Shown here: positions 1-9,823 of the stretch, piece after piece | How positions within the stretch are numbered: position 1 is the first letter of the stretch | Layout: the number at the start of each line of letters is the position of its first letter | Origin: Minisyncoccota bacterium | Lineage (GTDB): Bacteria > Patescibacteriota > Minisyncoccia > Phycocordibacterales > UBA918 | Assembly: GCA_021734905.1 (NCBI GenBank) | Contig: JAIPIB010000001.1 | Span: 136,821 to 200,820, forward strand | Direction of reading: 5' to 3' | DNA length: 64,000 nucleotides | Translations under genes and position numbers: made by a program | The notes under the pieces: generated by a model | What the model was told of the DNA's origin: nothing | What the model saw: the letters and a program-made list of their open reading frames with translations, nothing else | Database searches by the model: none

Positions 1-291
1 AATGCAGAAATCTCATCACGTGTTGCGAAAGATTTGCTTTCTGAGGTGCTTTTTTCTCAAGTTGATCCAAAGAAATTGGCTTCCGAGAAGGGCCTTTTGC
101 AGGCAAGTTCAGACGATGATCTGTTGCCAATCGTTGCATTAGTCATTGAGCAAAACGAACAAGTTGTGTCTGAATATCGTGGAGGAAAGGAAAGTGCGCT
201 TCAATTCCTTGTGGGGCAAGGTATGAAAATATCTAAAGGTTCAGCAAACCCAACAGCACTCATTAAGCTTTTTAAAAGAGAAATTAACTAG
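1..291 (+). CDS. gatB: Asp/Glu-tRNA amidotransferase subunit B, C-terminal GatB/YqeY domain. The 5' end is cut by the window edge and the frame is open from nucleotide 1.
   Basis: The translation '...GLLQASSDDDLLPIVALVIEQNEQVVSEYRGGKESALQFLVGQGMKISKGSANPTALIKLFKREIN' matches the conserved GatB C-terminal tail. The frame is open back to position 1. Confidence 0.55.
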   Translation, partial: NAEISSRVAKDLLSEVLFSQVDPKKLASEKGLLQASSDDDLLPIVALVIEQNEQVVSEYRGGKESALQFLVGQGMKISKGSANPTALIKLFKREIN

Positions 292-379
292 ACTTGTAGA
301 AATTTTAGCTCTCGCTTTGCCGATATACCCAGTATTGGTGCTGTGCAAGTACTGAACTAGGTGTATACTATATTGAATT

Positions 380-1291
380 ATGGAGACACTTGTTCTTGAT
401 GGGAAGAGCTATGTTAAAGCATCGAAAGCTGCGCGGGAACTTGGCTATGCAACCGACTACGTTGGTCAGTTATGTCGTTCAGGTAAGGTTCAAGCTCACT
501 TGATAGGACGTACATGGTATGTGAATCAGAAAGAGCTTAGTACCCACCGTGTTGAGAAGAAACGCATGTCACGGGTTAAGGCGAGAGAGCAAGCGCACAA
601 GTCGATAGAAGAGCACAGAAGAAAGAGATCAGATACTACAAATAACTATAGAAATATAGCTATTCAGTATGAAAGTGATGATGATGATCTCATGCCAATA
701 ACAAAAAAGTTGGTTGTAAAAACGGATGCTAGGCACTCAGAAAACTATAGCAGTGAAGCAGATGAGGGTGATGAAAAAGAGGTTGTAAACAAGGGAGAAA
801 AAGTGATTATGTCCGGCGATGTAACCGTTGTTGATGTTACCGACGGCCCTGTTGATGAAGAATCATTTGTTTTTGAGCTTGTTGAGGAGAAAAAGAAGCG
901 AGAAAAGAAGGTAAAAACTATTGTTCCTGTTGTTGTTGAGGTTGTCGCAGCGCCAAAAAGGAAGGATTTTGCTCAAAAATTGGAGGTGGAAGGGATTGAT
1001 CTTGATGATGAGGAAGGCCGAGATATCAATATAAATGAAGATATTGAGGAGGATGGGTCGCCTCTTTCATTTGAGTCTGAAAAGAAGCCCAGCACAGAAC
1101 AAATTGAGGGAAAGGGGTATCTTTTTCGATATGTTGCGGTATTGTTATTTATTTTGATCATTTCAACAATGAGCCTTGCTCTATCTTTAAAAATGACATA
1201 TTCCGCCGAGGATGACCATCAAACTATTTTTACATTTATATTTTCTCCAAATAGTGCCAGTACTCTTATCCAGAGTAAAATTTTAAACTAA
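380..1291 (+). CDS. Hypothetical protein with an N-terminal excisionase/MerR-type HTH (HTH_17-like), an acidic Lys/Glu/Asp-rich linker and a C-terminal transmembrane anchor.
   Basis: The N-terminus 'KASKAARELGYATDYVGQLCRSGKVQAHLIGRTWYVNQKEL' fits the HTH_17 pattern. The C-terminus 'YLFRYVAVLLFILIISTMSLALSL' is a hydrophobic helix. Confidence 0.5.
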   Translation: METLVLDGKSYVKASKAARELGYATDYVGQLCRSGKVQAHLIGRTWYVNQKELSTHRVEKKRMSRVKAREQAHKSIEEHRRKRSDTTNNYRNIAIQYESDDDDLMPITKKLVVKTDARHSENYSSEADEGDEKEVVNKGEKVIMSGDVTVVDVTDGPVDEESFVFELVEEKKKREKKVKTIVPVVVEVVAAPKRKDFAQKLEVEGIDLDDEEGRDININEDIEEDGSPLSFESEKKPSTEQIEGKGYLFRYVAVLLFILIISTMSLALSLKMTYSAEDDHQTIFTFIFSPNSASTLIQSKILN

Positions 1292-1402
1292 AATCAAGTT
1301 TTCATTTAAAATTTTAATTTTTTACTATCCACAAAATACGCGATATATCCAGATATAAATTGAGTTGAGAAGGTATCATATAAGTAAATAGTTTTATTTA
1401 TT

Positions 1403-4400
1403 GTGGATACATTTTTGGCACATAATAAAGTTGAGGGTAATTCAATCAGGATTTTTTTTAATGCCAGTGTGGTTGGCCGCATATTTTTTTTGGTCTCTTT
1501 TTTCTTCCTCTTCAGCTACTCAGTTTCTTTTGCCTCTGGTGAGGTTGCGACGAGTTCCCTAATGTTCGATAGTACTCAGAGTCAGTATCTTACAAGAACA
1601 GCCGTAACACCTACAGATAATAAAAAGTGGACATATAGTACTTGGGTTAAGCGTGGACAGATAGGTACAGGTGTCCATAATTCTATACTTGGAGCATACA
1701 CAGATGGAAACAACTATGCGAGCATATATTTTGGTTCAGGTGATATGTTGGTTTTTAAACAGGTGTCCGGGGGAGTAAATGCACCGGAAGTAGATTTCAC
1801 ACCTTTGTTTCGAGACCCATCAGCTTGGTACCATGTAGTAGTTGTATATGATTCAGCCAACACGATACAGAGTCATAGGGTAAGAGCTTACGTTAATAAT
1901 GTTGAGTTGATAGAACAAACATTGTATGGGTCAGAGTCACAAAATCAGGCAAGTTTAATCAACTCTGCAATTGCACACACTGTCGGAAGATATGCAGGCG
2001 GTTCTAATTATCATGACGGCTACCTCTCAGACGCATACTTCGTAGACGGACAAGCGCTCAATCCAACTTCTTTTGGTCAAGCAGATTCAAACACCGGTAA
2101 CTGGATACCAAAATCATATGCAGGGACATACGGTACAAACGGCTTCCATATGAAGTTTAGTAGTTCGACCGCTCTCGGAGCGGACTCATCTGGTAATGGA
2201 AATAATTGGACCACCAATGGTGGAATGTCTTCCACTACTAATCAAGTTATTGATACTCCGCTTAATAACTTTGCGACGCTTAATCCAATCGATATGTATC
2301 AATCAGCCGCGATAACAACTTTCAAAGATGGAAATTTGAGAGCTGATGCAAATAATATAGCCCAAGTATCCTATGTTAGAAGTTCAATGGCCATGAAAGG
2401 CCCAACTTATTTTGAATGGACATTAAATTCTTGGTCTAACTCCAGCTACCCTCACGTCGGAATACGCAGTATAAACGAGCCGATGGCATCACCACCAAGT
2501 GATGGTATTAGATATAGTCAAGATGGAACTATAAATAATGGTGGAGGTAATTACACACTAAATGGAGCATCGTTATACACCGCACTATCTACAAATGATA
2601 AAGGGATGATTGCGTTTGACCCAGCGTCTGGAAAGATTTGGATGGGAAGAAATGGTATATGGTTTAATAGTGGCGACCCAGCAAATGGAACTGGTTATGT
2701 TGCTACCTTCCCAGCTAATGGAGAATATACACCATATATACAACTATCAACTGATTCTACAACATTTAATTTCGGCCAACGCCCGTTCACTTACACCCCA
2801 CCAACCGGCTTCAAATCTCTCTCTACTGCAAACTTGCCCACCCCAACTATCCTCAAACCTAATCAGCATTTTGATATAGTAAAGTATTATGCAGAAACAT
2901 CTAACGGAACATATAGTACTGGCACCTTAGCATTCAAACCAGACTTTACTTGGATTAAAAATAGAGATAATGTTGAGAGTCACTATCTAATAGATATAGT
3001 TCGTGGTAATACCAACATGACAAATAAGTTTCTTTCATCTAACAGCACAGGAGCAGAGGGGGCAGGTGGTGTTTCAGGAACGACTTTCAGTGTTACTCCA
3101 ACGGGGTATGAATTTACAGAAAGTAGTATAGGTGCAGGTGAGCTATATTATTCAGGAAGATCTTATGTTGGTTGGAACTGGAAAGCAGGCAACGCAACCA
3201 CCACCAACACAGACGGAACAATTACAAGTACAGTATCTACAAATCCAACAGCTGGGTTCTCGATTGTCTCGTATACAGGGACAGGTGCAAATGCAACAGT
3301 AGGGCATGGATTAGGTTCATCGCCAACTATGATAATACTAAAAAATAGAACTGATGCTTCTACACCGTGGGCAGTTTGGCACTCTGGAATATCAAATACA
3401 GAATATTTATATTTAAATTCTACAAATGCAAAGGCAACAGGTGTAAACTTATGGAATAGTACATCATCTACTCCTACGACATTTAGTGTTGGTAGTTCTC
3501 AAGATACTAATTATAATACAAAAGAATTTATTGCTTATGCCTTCTCTGAGGTCCCTGGTTACTCCAAGTTCGGCACATACACCGGTAATGGAAGCACTGA
3601 TGGTCCGTTTTTGTATACAGGATTTAAACCACGATACATTATGATTAAACGTACTGACGCTGCGGGATATAGTTGGGATACATATGACACATCGCGCTCT
3701 ACATACAATCCTTTAGATCTTCGTGTTTATGCTGATTCGTCTAGCGTAGAAGTTTCTGCGGGGGGAGGTATTGATTCTGTATCGAATGGTTTTAAGATTA
3801 GGACTGCTGGTAATTATGACATTAATTATTCTGGAGGTACCTATATCTACGCCGCCTTTGCTGAGACTACGATGCTACCTACCGCGGAAGACACCTTTCC
3901 ATCGGTGAGTACTCCAATTGTTGTATCTGTACTTGATACTTCGGCAACCTTTGGAGCCACCTTAGACTCAGCAGGTGACAGTCCTGTCACTGCACGTGGA
4001 ATATGTTATGGAACATCACCAGCTCCAACAAACTGTGTTGCTGATAGTGCTACAACAACAGGAGCATACACCAAGTCGATCGCTGGACTTTCGACATCTA
4101 CCACCTATTACTTCAGAGGATACGCAACCAATGCTCGTGGCACATCATATTCAAGTGACGGCTCAACGATGACACTTGCATCGGTCATTACTTTAGCACC
4201 TCACACCCTAAACCAAGTCACCAACACCTTCACTTCCACAAACAAAACAAACACCGAACTCTTCGCATTCAACCTCTCATCAGGTGATGCTGATGTAACC
4301 GGTATAGCTTTCGATCTTCAAGGAATACAGGGGGTAGAAACAGGAGACCTCACTAACTTCGCCCTCTATGAAGACACAAACAATGACAAAACACACGATG

Positions 4401-5377
4401 GTGGAGATATAGCTGTTGGAGGTAGTGGTACTCCCGTAATCAATGGACAGACAGGTACCATTACGTTTGGTACAACATTTAATGTGAGTACTGACACAGA
4501 CTACATCCTTGTGGGAGACATTTCCGATATTAAAGTACAAGACAGTATGACCGTTTCACTTATTGCAACTGACATCACGTCAACAGCAAGTGTTGTTGCA
4601 ACCACATCACCAACAAACATCCAACATATACGTCTTGGTAAGGCGAGTGAGGGAGGAGGTGGAGGAGGTGGTTTTTCAAAACAAATTATTGGCACTGAGG
4701 CACCAGCTGGAGATGGGATACAGTCTGATGGAAGTGAAAATGGAAACGGAGGGTCATCCATCGACCCCAACACCGGCTCCACCATCGGTAACGAACCCGG
4801 TTTCAACGCACCAAGTAACACTGGCACCCCCTATAGCGCATGGACAGCAGGAGCAAACGCATACAGCTCAGACGGTGTATACACCACAACCTCAGCAAGT
4901 AACCAACAATCATATGGAAACTTCAACTTCACAGTCCCTTCAAACAATCAAATCACTGGTATAGCAGTAAAACTCGAAGCCTCAGGCAGTACCGCTGCAG
5001 GCAACATATCAGTCAAACTCTCATGGGATGGAGGCAGTAGTGTCACTGCACTAAAAACTACAGGAACCATGGGACTCACTGACGCAATATATGCGCTCGG
5101 TGGCCCTTCAGATACCTGGGGTCACTCATGGACACCAGCAGAACTCAACAACGGGCTCTTCACCATTGAACTCATTGCAAACCCGAGTGGAAACACCATT
5201 CAGCTTGATGCGGTGCAGGTTAAGGTATTCTACCAAGCAACAGGTGGGGGTAGAGGTGGTGGGGGAATGATATACAACGACCTTGAACCAAAGAACTTCT
5301 TTGCGAATGTGTATTCTGCAGTTGGATGTATGTTTGGCGCCTTTATTGATAGGATGTTTTGGTGGTTGTGGGAGTAA
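1403..5377 (+). CDS. Giant secreted or surface protein (1324 aa). It has an N-terminal signal/TM, several concanavalin-A/LamG-like beta-sandwich modules, FN3-like modules, Gly runs and Thr/Ser/Asn-rich sequence. Probable adhesin.
   Basis: Hydrophobic N-terminus 'IFFLVSFFFLFSYSVSFASG'. LamG-like segment 'AWYHVVVVYDSANTIQSHRVRAYVNNVEL'. FN3-like segment 'ARGICYGTSPAPTN...TYYFRGYATNARGTSYS'. Poly-Gly at aa ~1010 and ~1290. The start codon (GTG at 1403 or TTG at 1415) is uncertain. Confidence 0.6.
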   Translation: MDTFLAHNKVEGNSIRIFFNASVVGRIFFLVSFFFLFSYSVSFASGEVATSSLMFDSTQSQYLTRTAVTPTDNKKWTYSTWVKRGQIGTGVHNSILGAYTDGNNYASIYFGSGDMLVFKQVSGGVNAPEVDFTPLFRDPSAWYHVVVVYDSANTIQSHRVRAYVNNVELIEQTLYGSESQNQASLINSAIAHTVGRYAGGSNYHDGYLSDAYFVDGQALNPTSFGQADSNTGNWIPKSYAGTYGTNGFHMKFSSSTALGADSSGNGNNWTTNGGMSSTTNQVIDTPLNNFATLNPIDMYQSAAITTFKDGNLRADANNIAQVSYVRSSMAMKGPTYFEWTLNSWSNSSYPHVGIRSINEPMASPPSDGIRYSQDGTINNGGGNYTLNGASLYTALSTNDKGMIAFDPASGKIWMGRNGIWFNSGDPANGTGYVATFPANGEYTPYIQLSTDSTTFNFGQRPFTYTPPTGFKSLSTANLPTPTILKPNQHFDIVKYYAETSNGTYSTGTLAFKPDFTWIKNRDNVESHYLIDIVRGNTNMTNKFLSSNSTGAEGAGGVSGTTFSVTPTGYEFTESSIGAGELYYSGRSYVGWNWKAGNATTTNTDGTITSTVSTNPTAGFSIVSYTGTGANATVGHGLGSSPTMIILKNRTDASTPWAVWHSGISNTEYLYLNSTNAKATGVNLWNSTSSTPTTFSVGSSQDTNYNTKEFIAYAFSEVPGYSKFGTYTGNGSTDGPFLYTGFKPRYIMIKRTDAAGYSWDTYDTSRSTYNPLDLRVYADSSSVEVSAGGGIDSVSNGFKIRTAGNYDINYSGGTYIYAAFAETTMLPTAEDTFPSVSTPIVVSVLDTSATFGATLDSAGDSPVTARGICYGTSPAPTNCVADSATTTGAYTKSIAGLSTSTTYYFRGYATNARGTSYSSDGSTMTLASVITLAPHTLNQVTNTFTSTNKTNTELFAFNLSSGDADVTGIAFDLQGIQGVETGDLTNFALYEDTNNDKTHDGGDIAVGGSGTPVINGQTGTITFGTTFNVSTDTDYILVGDISDIKVQDSMTVSLIATDITSTASVVATTSPTNIQHIRLGKASEGGGGGGGFSKQIIGTEAPAGDGIQSDGSENGNGGSSIDPNTGSTIGNEPGFNAPSNTGTPYSAWTAGANAYSSDGVYTTTSASNQQSYGNFNFTVPSNNQITGIAVKLEASGSTAAGNISVKLSWDGGSSVTALKTTGTMGLTDAIYALGGPSDTWGHSWTPAELNNGLFTIELIANPSGNTIQLDAVQVKVFYQATGGGRGGGGMIYNDLEPKNFFANVYSAVGCMFGAFIDRMFWWLWE

Positions 5378-5555
5378 AATTGACGTTATTTTAACCTTTT
5401 TAGGTAAAAACCAGATTATGTACTGCTGCTCGTGCAATAAAGTTATACACAAATATAAGTGTAGAATTTAGGCACAAAGTTAGTATTGTGCGTTAGAATA
5501 AAAGTAACCAAAGCTCTTGGTGGTAAACAATAATTAAACAATTAATGAACATTTT

Positions 5556-6251
5556 ATGAATCACTCACATTTATTATACTCAGCACGAAACGCGTTTGTT
5601 GCGGCTGTACTCATCCTTTCTCTGGGAGTGATTTCATTCTTCGCTTTTGAACCATCAATTGGACGTGCAGTAACAAGCGGTCCGTTTTCTGTTACTCAAG
5701 AAATCACCAATGAGATCTCTTTTCTCGTGAATGCTACAAATGTGACAATGGCAGGTACCATCGCGGGTATTACGGGAGGTTACGCGACTGGTACAACAGT
5801 GGCTGTTGTACGAACGAACAACGCAACTGGTTACAACATGACTCTTGGCTTCAGTAGCACAACAGCAATGAAGCTCAATAATGCGAGTTCGACAATCAGC
5901 AACTACACACCAGCAGTCGGTGGTGTACCTGATTATGGTTGGGTTGATAATTCATCGGGACAGGCAGCTGAATTTGGGTATACGGTACGAGCATCGACCA
6001 CGTCTGAGGTAGACCCGTCGTTCATGAGTAATGGTTCGACACTTTGTAATACGGGCACCACTGAGTCTGACAACAAGTGTTGGCTTAATCCAAATAATAC
6101 ACCAGAGACAATCATCAATACTTCTGGATCTGTCGCTGGATCAACGACGACCATAAAGTTCAAAGTGGCCGTACCTAATGCGCCGTCACCAGCTCTTCCT
6201 TCAGGATTCTATGTTGCAACCGGAACCTTGACCGCAGTCACCAATCCGTAG
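5556..6251 (+). CDS. Small secreted Thr/Gly/Asn-rich beta protein. It is a paralog of 7346-8110 and resembles a WxL-domain cell-surface protein, but the C-terminus ends 'ATGTLTAVTNP' with no Trp.
   Basis: N-terminal TM/signal 'FVAAVLILSLGVISFFAF'. The C-terminus shares the pattern Y-x-G-T-L-T-x-x with the other small gene of the cluster. Operon position matches csc/WxL clusters. Confidence 0.5.
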   Translation: MNHSHLLYSARNAFVAAVLILSLGVISFFAFEPSIGRAVTSGPFSVTQEITNEISFLVNATNVTMAGTIAGITGGYATGTTVAVVRTNNATGYNMTLGFSSTTAMKLNNASSTISNYTPAVGGVPDYGWVDNSSGQAAEFGYTVRASTTSEVDPSFMSNGSTLCNTGTTESDNKCWLNPNNTPETIINTSGSVAGSTTTIKFKVAVPNAPSPALPSGFYVATGTLTAVTNP

Positions 6252-6256
6252 TAAAT

Positions 6257-7342
6257 TTGGGTTTAATTATGTTTACACCTGTGCATCGTACATATGTCTT
6301 TATTACTGTATTGTGTGCACTTCTCTTTACGAGTATATTACCTCACGTAGTACGTGCTCAAGAGGAATCTTTAGACGTTGAGGTACAGTCCATTCAAGAA
6401 AAAATTGACTTTCTTGACTCAAGTGAAGTCGTTTCATTTTTGAATTTATACCCTACAGAGGGTGTCCCTGGAGGTGGAGATATTCTTGGGGATTTTGTTG
6501 TAGGTCCTGGTAAGGTTGATCTAACACTTTCCCCCGGGGAGACGAAAATTGTTGAGATGACGGTCACGAACAGAACAGGTGAACGTCGTCGTTTTAACAT
6601 TACGACTGAGGACGCAGAGGGTTCTCTTGATACAAACACATCGATTGTTCTTCTGGGTGATGACCGAGGGCCATATTCTATGAAGGATTATGTTTCAGTG
6701 TCACATAAAGTATTTGACCTTGAACATAACCAACGTGCACGTATTCCTGTTACCATATCACTCCCTCTCGATGCAGAGCCTGGAGGATTGTATGGGAGTG
6801 TTCTTGTTAATACGATTGCTATTGAGGCTAAACAAGGTGATTCAGGTGGTGCTGTACCACAGTCTGCTATTATTGCGAGAATTGGTACACTCTTTTTTAT
6901 CACGATACCGGGTGCAGCAGAAAAAGAAGGTGGTTTGAAAGATTTTACAACAATAACTAAAAAGATATTTTATCAAAGTAGTCCAATTACGTTTGGTATT
7001 CTCTATGAAAACAATGGCGTGATACACCTTGCACCGTACGGTGAATTGCGAATCAAAAATATGTTTGATGAGGAGGTCGGGTATGTTCAGCTTGATCCAT
7101 GGTTTGTTTTGCCACAGTCGTTACGGCTCCGTGAAGTGTCTTGGGATAGAGACTTTCTCTTTGGCAGATATACTGCGACTGCGTCTATTAATCGTAGCTA
7201 TGATGATGTTGTTGATGAGTTGAGTTATTCATTTTGGATACTGCCATGGAAACCACTAGCACTTACATTTATAGTTCTCTTCATAGTCTTTTTCTCGATA
7301 AAAACATTTTTCAAGCGATTTGAATTTAAACGTAAAACATAA
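6257..7342 (+). CDS. Cell-surface protein with signal peptide, a ~300-aa beta-rich ectodomain and a C-terminal TM with basic tail. The architecture matches DUF916/DUF3324 (WxL-interacting CscA-type) proteins.
   Basis: Signal peptide 'VFITVLCALLFTSILPHVVRAQE'. C-terminal 'WKPLALTFIVLFIVFFSIKTFFKRFEFKRKT'. The family assignment is by architecture only. Confidence 0.5.
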   Translation: MGLIMFTPVHRTYVFITVLCALLFTSILPHVVRAQEESLDVEVQSIQEKIDFLDSSEVVSFLNLYPTEGVPGGGDILGDFVVGPGKVDLTLSPGETKIVEMTVTNRTGERRRFNITTEDAEGSLDTNTSIVLLGDDRGPYSMKDYVSVSHKVFDLEHNQRARIPVTISLPLDAEPGGLYGSVLVNTIAIEAKQGDSGGAVPQSAIIARIGTLFFITIPGAAEKEGGLKDFTTITKKIFYQSSPITFGILYENNGVIHLAPYGELRIKNMFDEEVGYVQLDPWFVLPQSLRLREVSWDRDFLFGRYTATASINRSYDDVVDELSYSFWILPWKPLALTFIVLFIVFFSIKTFFKRFEFKRKT

Positions 7343-7345
7343 ACT

Positions 7346-8110
7346 ATGTGCATTCGTGAAATAATAATCACAGGAGCTGTAGCGGTGATTTTTACGCCAA
7401 TCGCTATGTCTATTTTTGGGATTGCTGGAGCTCAAGTTATGCAAAGTAGCGGATATCGTATTCAGAGTGACAGCATTAATTTTGGCGGAGGATTATCAAC
7501 ATCGACAAATTATGCATTAGAAGCGACAGCAGGAGAGGTTGCATCAGGGGACGGCGCAAGCGCGAGTTTTAATATAAGGGCTGGATATCAGCAGATGGTC
7601 AATTCGTTCATCTCCATATCTGCAGCATCTTCGGTAACGATGACTCCGTCGATTCCGGGTGTTTCAGGTGGTATAGCGAATGGCTCAACATCAGTGACGA
7701 TCATCACTGATAGTGCTGCTGGATATCAACTTACAATTGCAGCATCACAAAGTCCAGCATTAACTAATCTTGGTAATTCAATAGCAGATTATGTTCCTAG
7801 CGGGAATCCAGATTTCTCTTTTATTACGGGAGCAAGTGATTCTCATTTTGGGTATTCTCCATCAGGTGTCGATATCGTTGATCGATTCAAGGATAATGGG
7901 GCTGTGTGCGGTGGGGGAGGAGGTGAGGTCGCTCTTGCATGCTGGGACGGTCTAAGTACGGATGACGTTCCTATTGCACGGTCATCATCTGCCAATACAC
8001 CAAATGGTGCAACGACAACGGTATATTTTAGGGTTGGTGTAGGGGGCTCCGTTGTGCAGACCGGCGGGACATATACTGCCACGACAACACTTACTGCAGT
8101 ATCATTATGA
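7346..8110 (+). CDS. Small secreted Thr/Gly-rich beta protein, paralog of 5556-6251 (WxL-like, ends 'TYTATTTLTAVSL').
   Basis: N-terminal TM 'IIITGAVAVIFTPIAMSIFGIAGA'. C-terminal 'GGTYTATTTLTAVSL' parallels 'GFYVATGTLTAVTNP' of the first paralog. The gene ends with TGA and overlaps the next gene by 4 nt. Confidence 0.5.
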   Translation: MCIREIIITGAVAVIFTPIAMSIFGIAGAQVMQSSGYRIQSDSINFGGGLSTSTNYALEATAGEVASGDGASASFNIRAGYQQMVNSFISISAASSVTMTPSIPGVSGGIANGSTSVTIITDSAAGYQLTIAASQSPALTNLGNSIADYVPSGNPDFSFITGASDSHFGYSPSGVDIVDRFKDNGAVCGGGGGEVALACWDGLSTDDVPIARSSSANTPNGATTTVYFRVGVGGSVVQTGGTYTATTTLTAVSL

Positions 8111-9675
8111 CCGATATAATACGTAAAACATCTGTATATCTATTTTTATCTATCTTCATATTTTTTAGTTTTATATTTCCTACACACCATGTTGATGCAG
8201 TAACAGATGACTTCACTGTCCGCACCCTTGTCGGGGGCGATACGACACCACCTTCTGTTCCGAGTGCATTAGTCGCTACTCCGGTTGCTGTGTCGCAGAT
8301 TGATCTTGTATGGGCTAGTTCTACTGATGACTATATATTGTCTGGATATAACGTATGGAGAGGCGACTCTATTATTGCAACAACAACTCTGACAACATAT
8401 TCAGACGTTGGGCTCACTGCGAGCACGACGTATAGCTATTATGTAACCGCGTTTGACTCGTCTGGTAATGTGTCAGCCTCCTCAACCATTGTCAGTGCAA
8501 CAACTCTAAGTCCTGCACCAGCAGCTGCTGTGTCAGGTCAAACGTATGGCAGTTACGTAAGGCAACTTGGTGACGAAATTATTTCGCTCGAAATATTTCC
8601 GCAACGAAATTCTGTGAATTTTAAGTACGAGACAAGAGGAAACATTCGAACAGCTATTCGATGGGGAAGGACAGATTCCTATGAACTTGGGTCTCTTGTT
8701 GAAAGCACTTTTAAGAAAGGACATGACACAGAAATCACTGGACTCATTCCAAATACAAAATACACATTTCAGATTGAAGGTGAAAATGGGTTTGGAAATT
8801 ATGGATTGATACATAATGGAACATTTCAGACACTTCCTCCTGAAGATATTTTTCCTCCAGGAAACGTGACGAATCTTAGACTACGAAAAGAAGATGGAGG
8901 AAATACACTGTCGTGGATAAACCCGAAAGACCCAGATCTTGTAAAAATTCGCGTCGTCAGGAGTGATCGGTTCTATCCGAGTGACATCGCGGATGGGTGG
9001 GTTATTTATGAGGGTCTCGGTACAGAGGTGTATGACGCTGGCGTCGCAAGCAGCTCGAGGCAATATTATTCTGTTTTTACTTATGATGAACTCGGTAATG
9101 TCTCTTCTGGAGCAGTCATTGCGACGCCAAGAATAGAAAAAGACGAAGAAACTAAGAATGAAATTGATCCTACAATAAATCTTATATCGTTACGATTTGA
9201 TGGTATGGTATTTACTCAAGAAGGGAGCTTACTTCCTATTAAAGATGGAAGCGTTAGAATTGACGGCTCGAAACTTCTTACTATATCTATACCGTATGAG
9301 CAGGTTCCGGAACATCTAAAGACAATACTGGTAACGGTGATTGACAGTAGAGACCATGGTCGCGAGTTCTCTTTTTTGCTTCGCGTCAATGCAGATAAAA
9401 CTATGTATAGCGGCACACTTTCGCCATTTGGAACGACGGGTGATTTTCCTTTACGAGTGACAATTTTTGATTTTAAGACAGAGCAGATCGGATACACCGA
9501 CGGTGTCATTGCTTCCTATGTAAGCCCAATACACTCTGGATTAAGCTCAGAGGGGTTTTTTAGCTCGATAGTTCGATTTATATCATCTGGAGATGGTATG
9601 TACTCGATATGGTTTATTGTCCTCCTCATCCTTCTTCTTTATTTTGGGCGACGACTTGTACGAACACAGTGGTGA
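8107..9675 (+). CDS. Membrane-anchored surface protein with a signal peptide, two fibronectin type III-like domains and a C-terminal TM.
   Basis: FN3-like module 1 'PSVPSALVATPVAVSQIDLVWASS...YSYYVTAFDSSGNVS'. FN3-like module 2 'PPGNVTNLRLRKEDGGNTLSWINP...YYSVFTYDELGNVS'. C-terminal 'IWFIVLLILLLYFGRRLVRTQW'. Confidence 0.55.
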   Translation: MTDIIRKTSVYLFLSIFIFFSFIFPTHHVDAVTDDFTVRTLVGGDTTPPSVPSALVATPVAVSQIDLVWASSTDDYILSGYNVWRGDSIIATTTLTTYSDVGLTASTTYSYYVTAFDSSGNVSASSTIVSATTLSPAPAAAVSGQTYGSYVRQLGDEIISLEIFPQRNSVNFKYETRGNIRTAIRWGRTDSYELGSLVESTFKKGHDTEITGLIPNTKYTFQIEGENGFGNYGLIHNGTFQTLPPEDIFPPGNVTNLRLRKEDGGNTLSWINPKDPDLVKIRVVRSDRFYPSDIADGWVIYEGLGTEVYDAGVASSSRQYYSVFTYDELGNVSSGAVIATPRIEKDEETKNEIDPTINLISLRFDGMVFTQEGSLLPIKDGSVRIDGSKLLTISIPYEQVPEHLKTILVTVIDSRDHGREFSFLLRVNADKTMYSGTLSPFGTTGDFPLRVTIFDFKTEQIGYTDGVIASYVSPIHSGLSSEGFFSSIVRFISSGDGMYSIWFIVLLILLLYFGRRLVRTQW

Positions 9676-9823
9676 AAATATATCTGTGATTGATAAATAA
9701 TATTGTACAAAATAATAGACATTAGGGAGTATGTAATTGTTTTTAACATTCCCGAGAAGAATAGGTCTACACATGGGATATACTAGGTAGAGAAGCTATA
9801 AGTAACATCATTCAACAAACATT

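Noticed and set aside
4501-4827. 108-aa minus-strand ORF with a poly-Pro run inside the giant adhesin gene.
   Set aside because: It is the antisense of the GGx Gly-codon run. It has no independent signals and lies within a well-supported long ORF.
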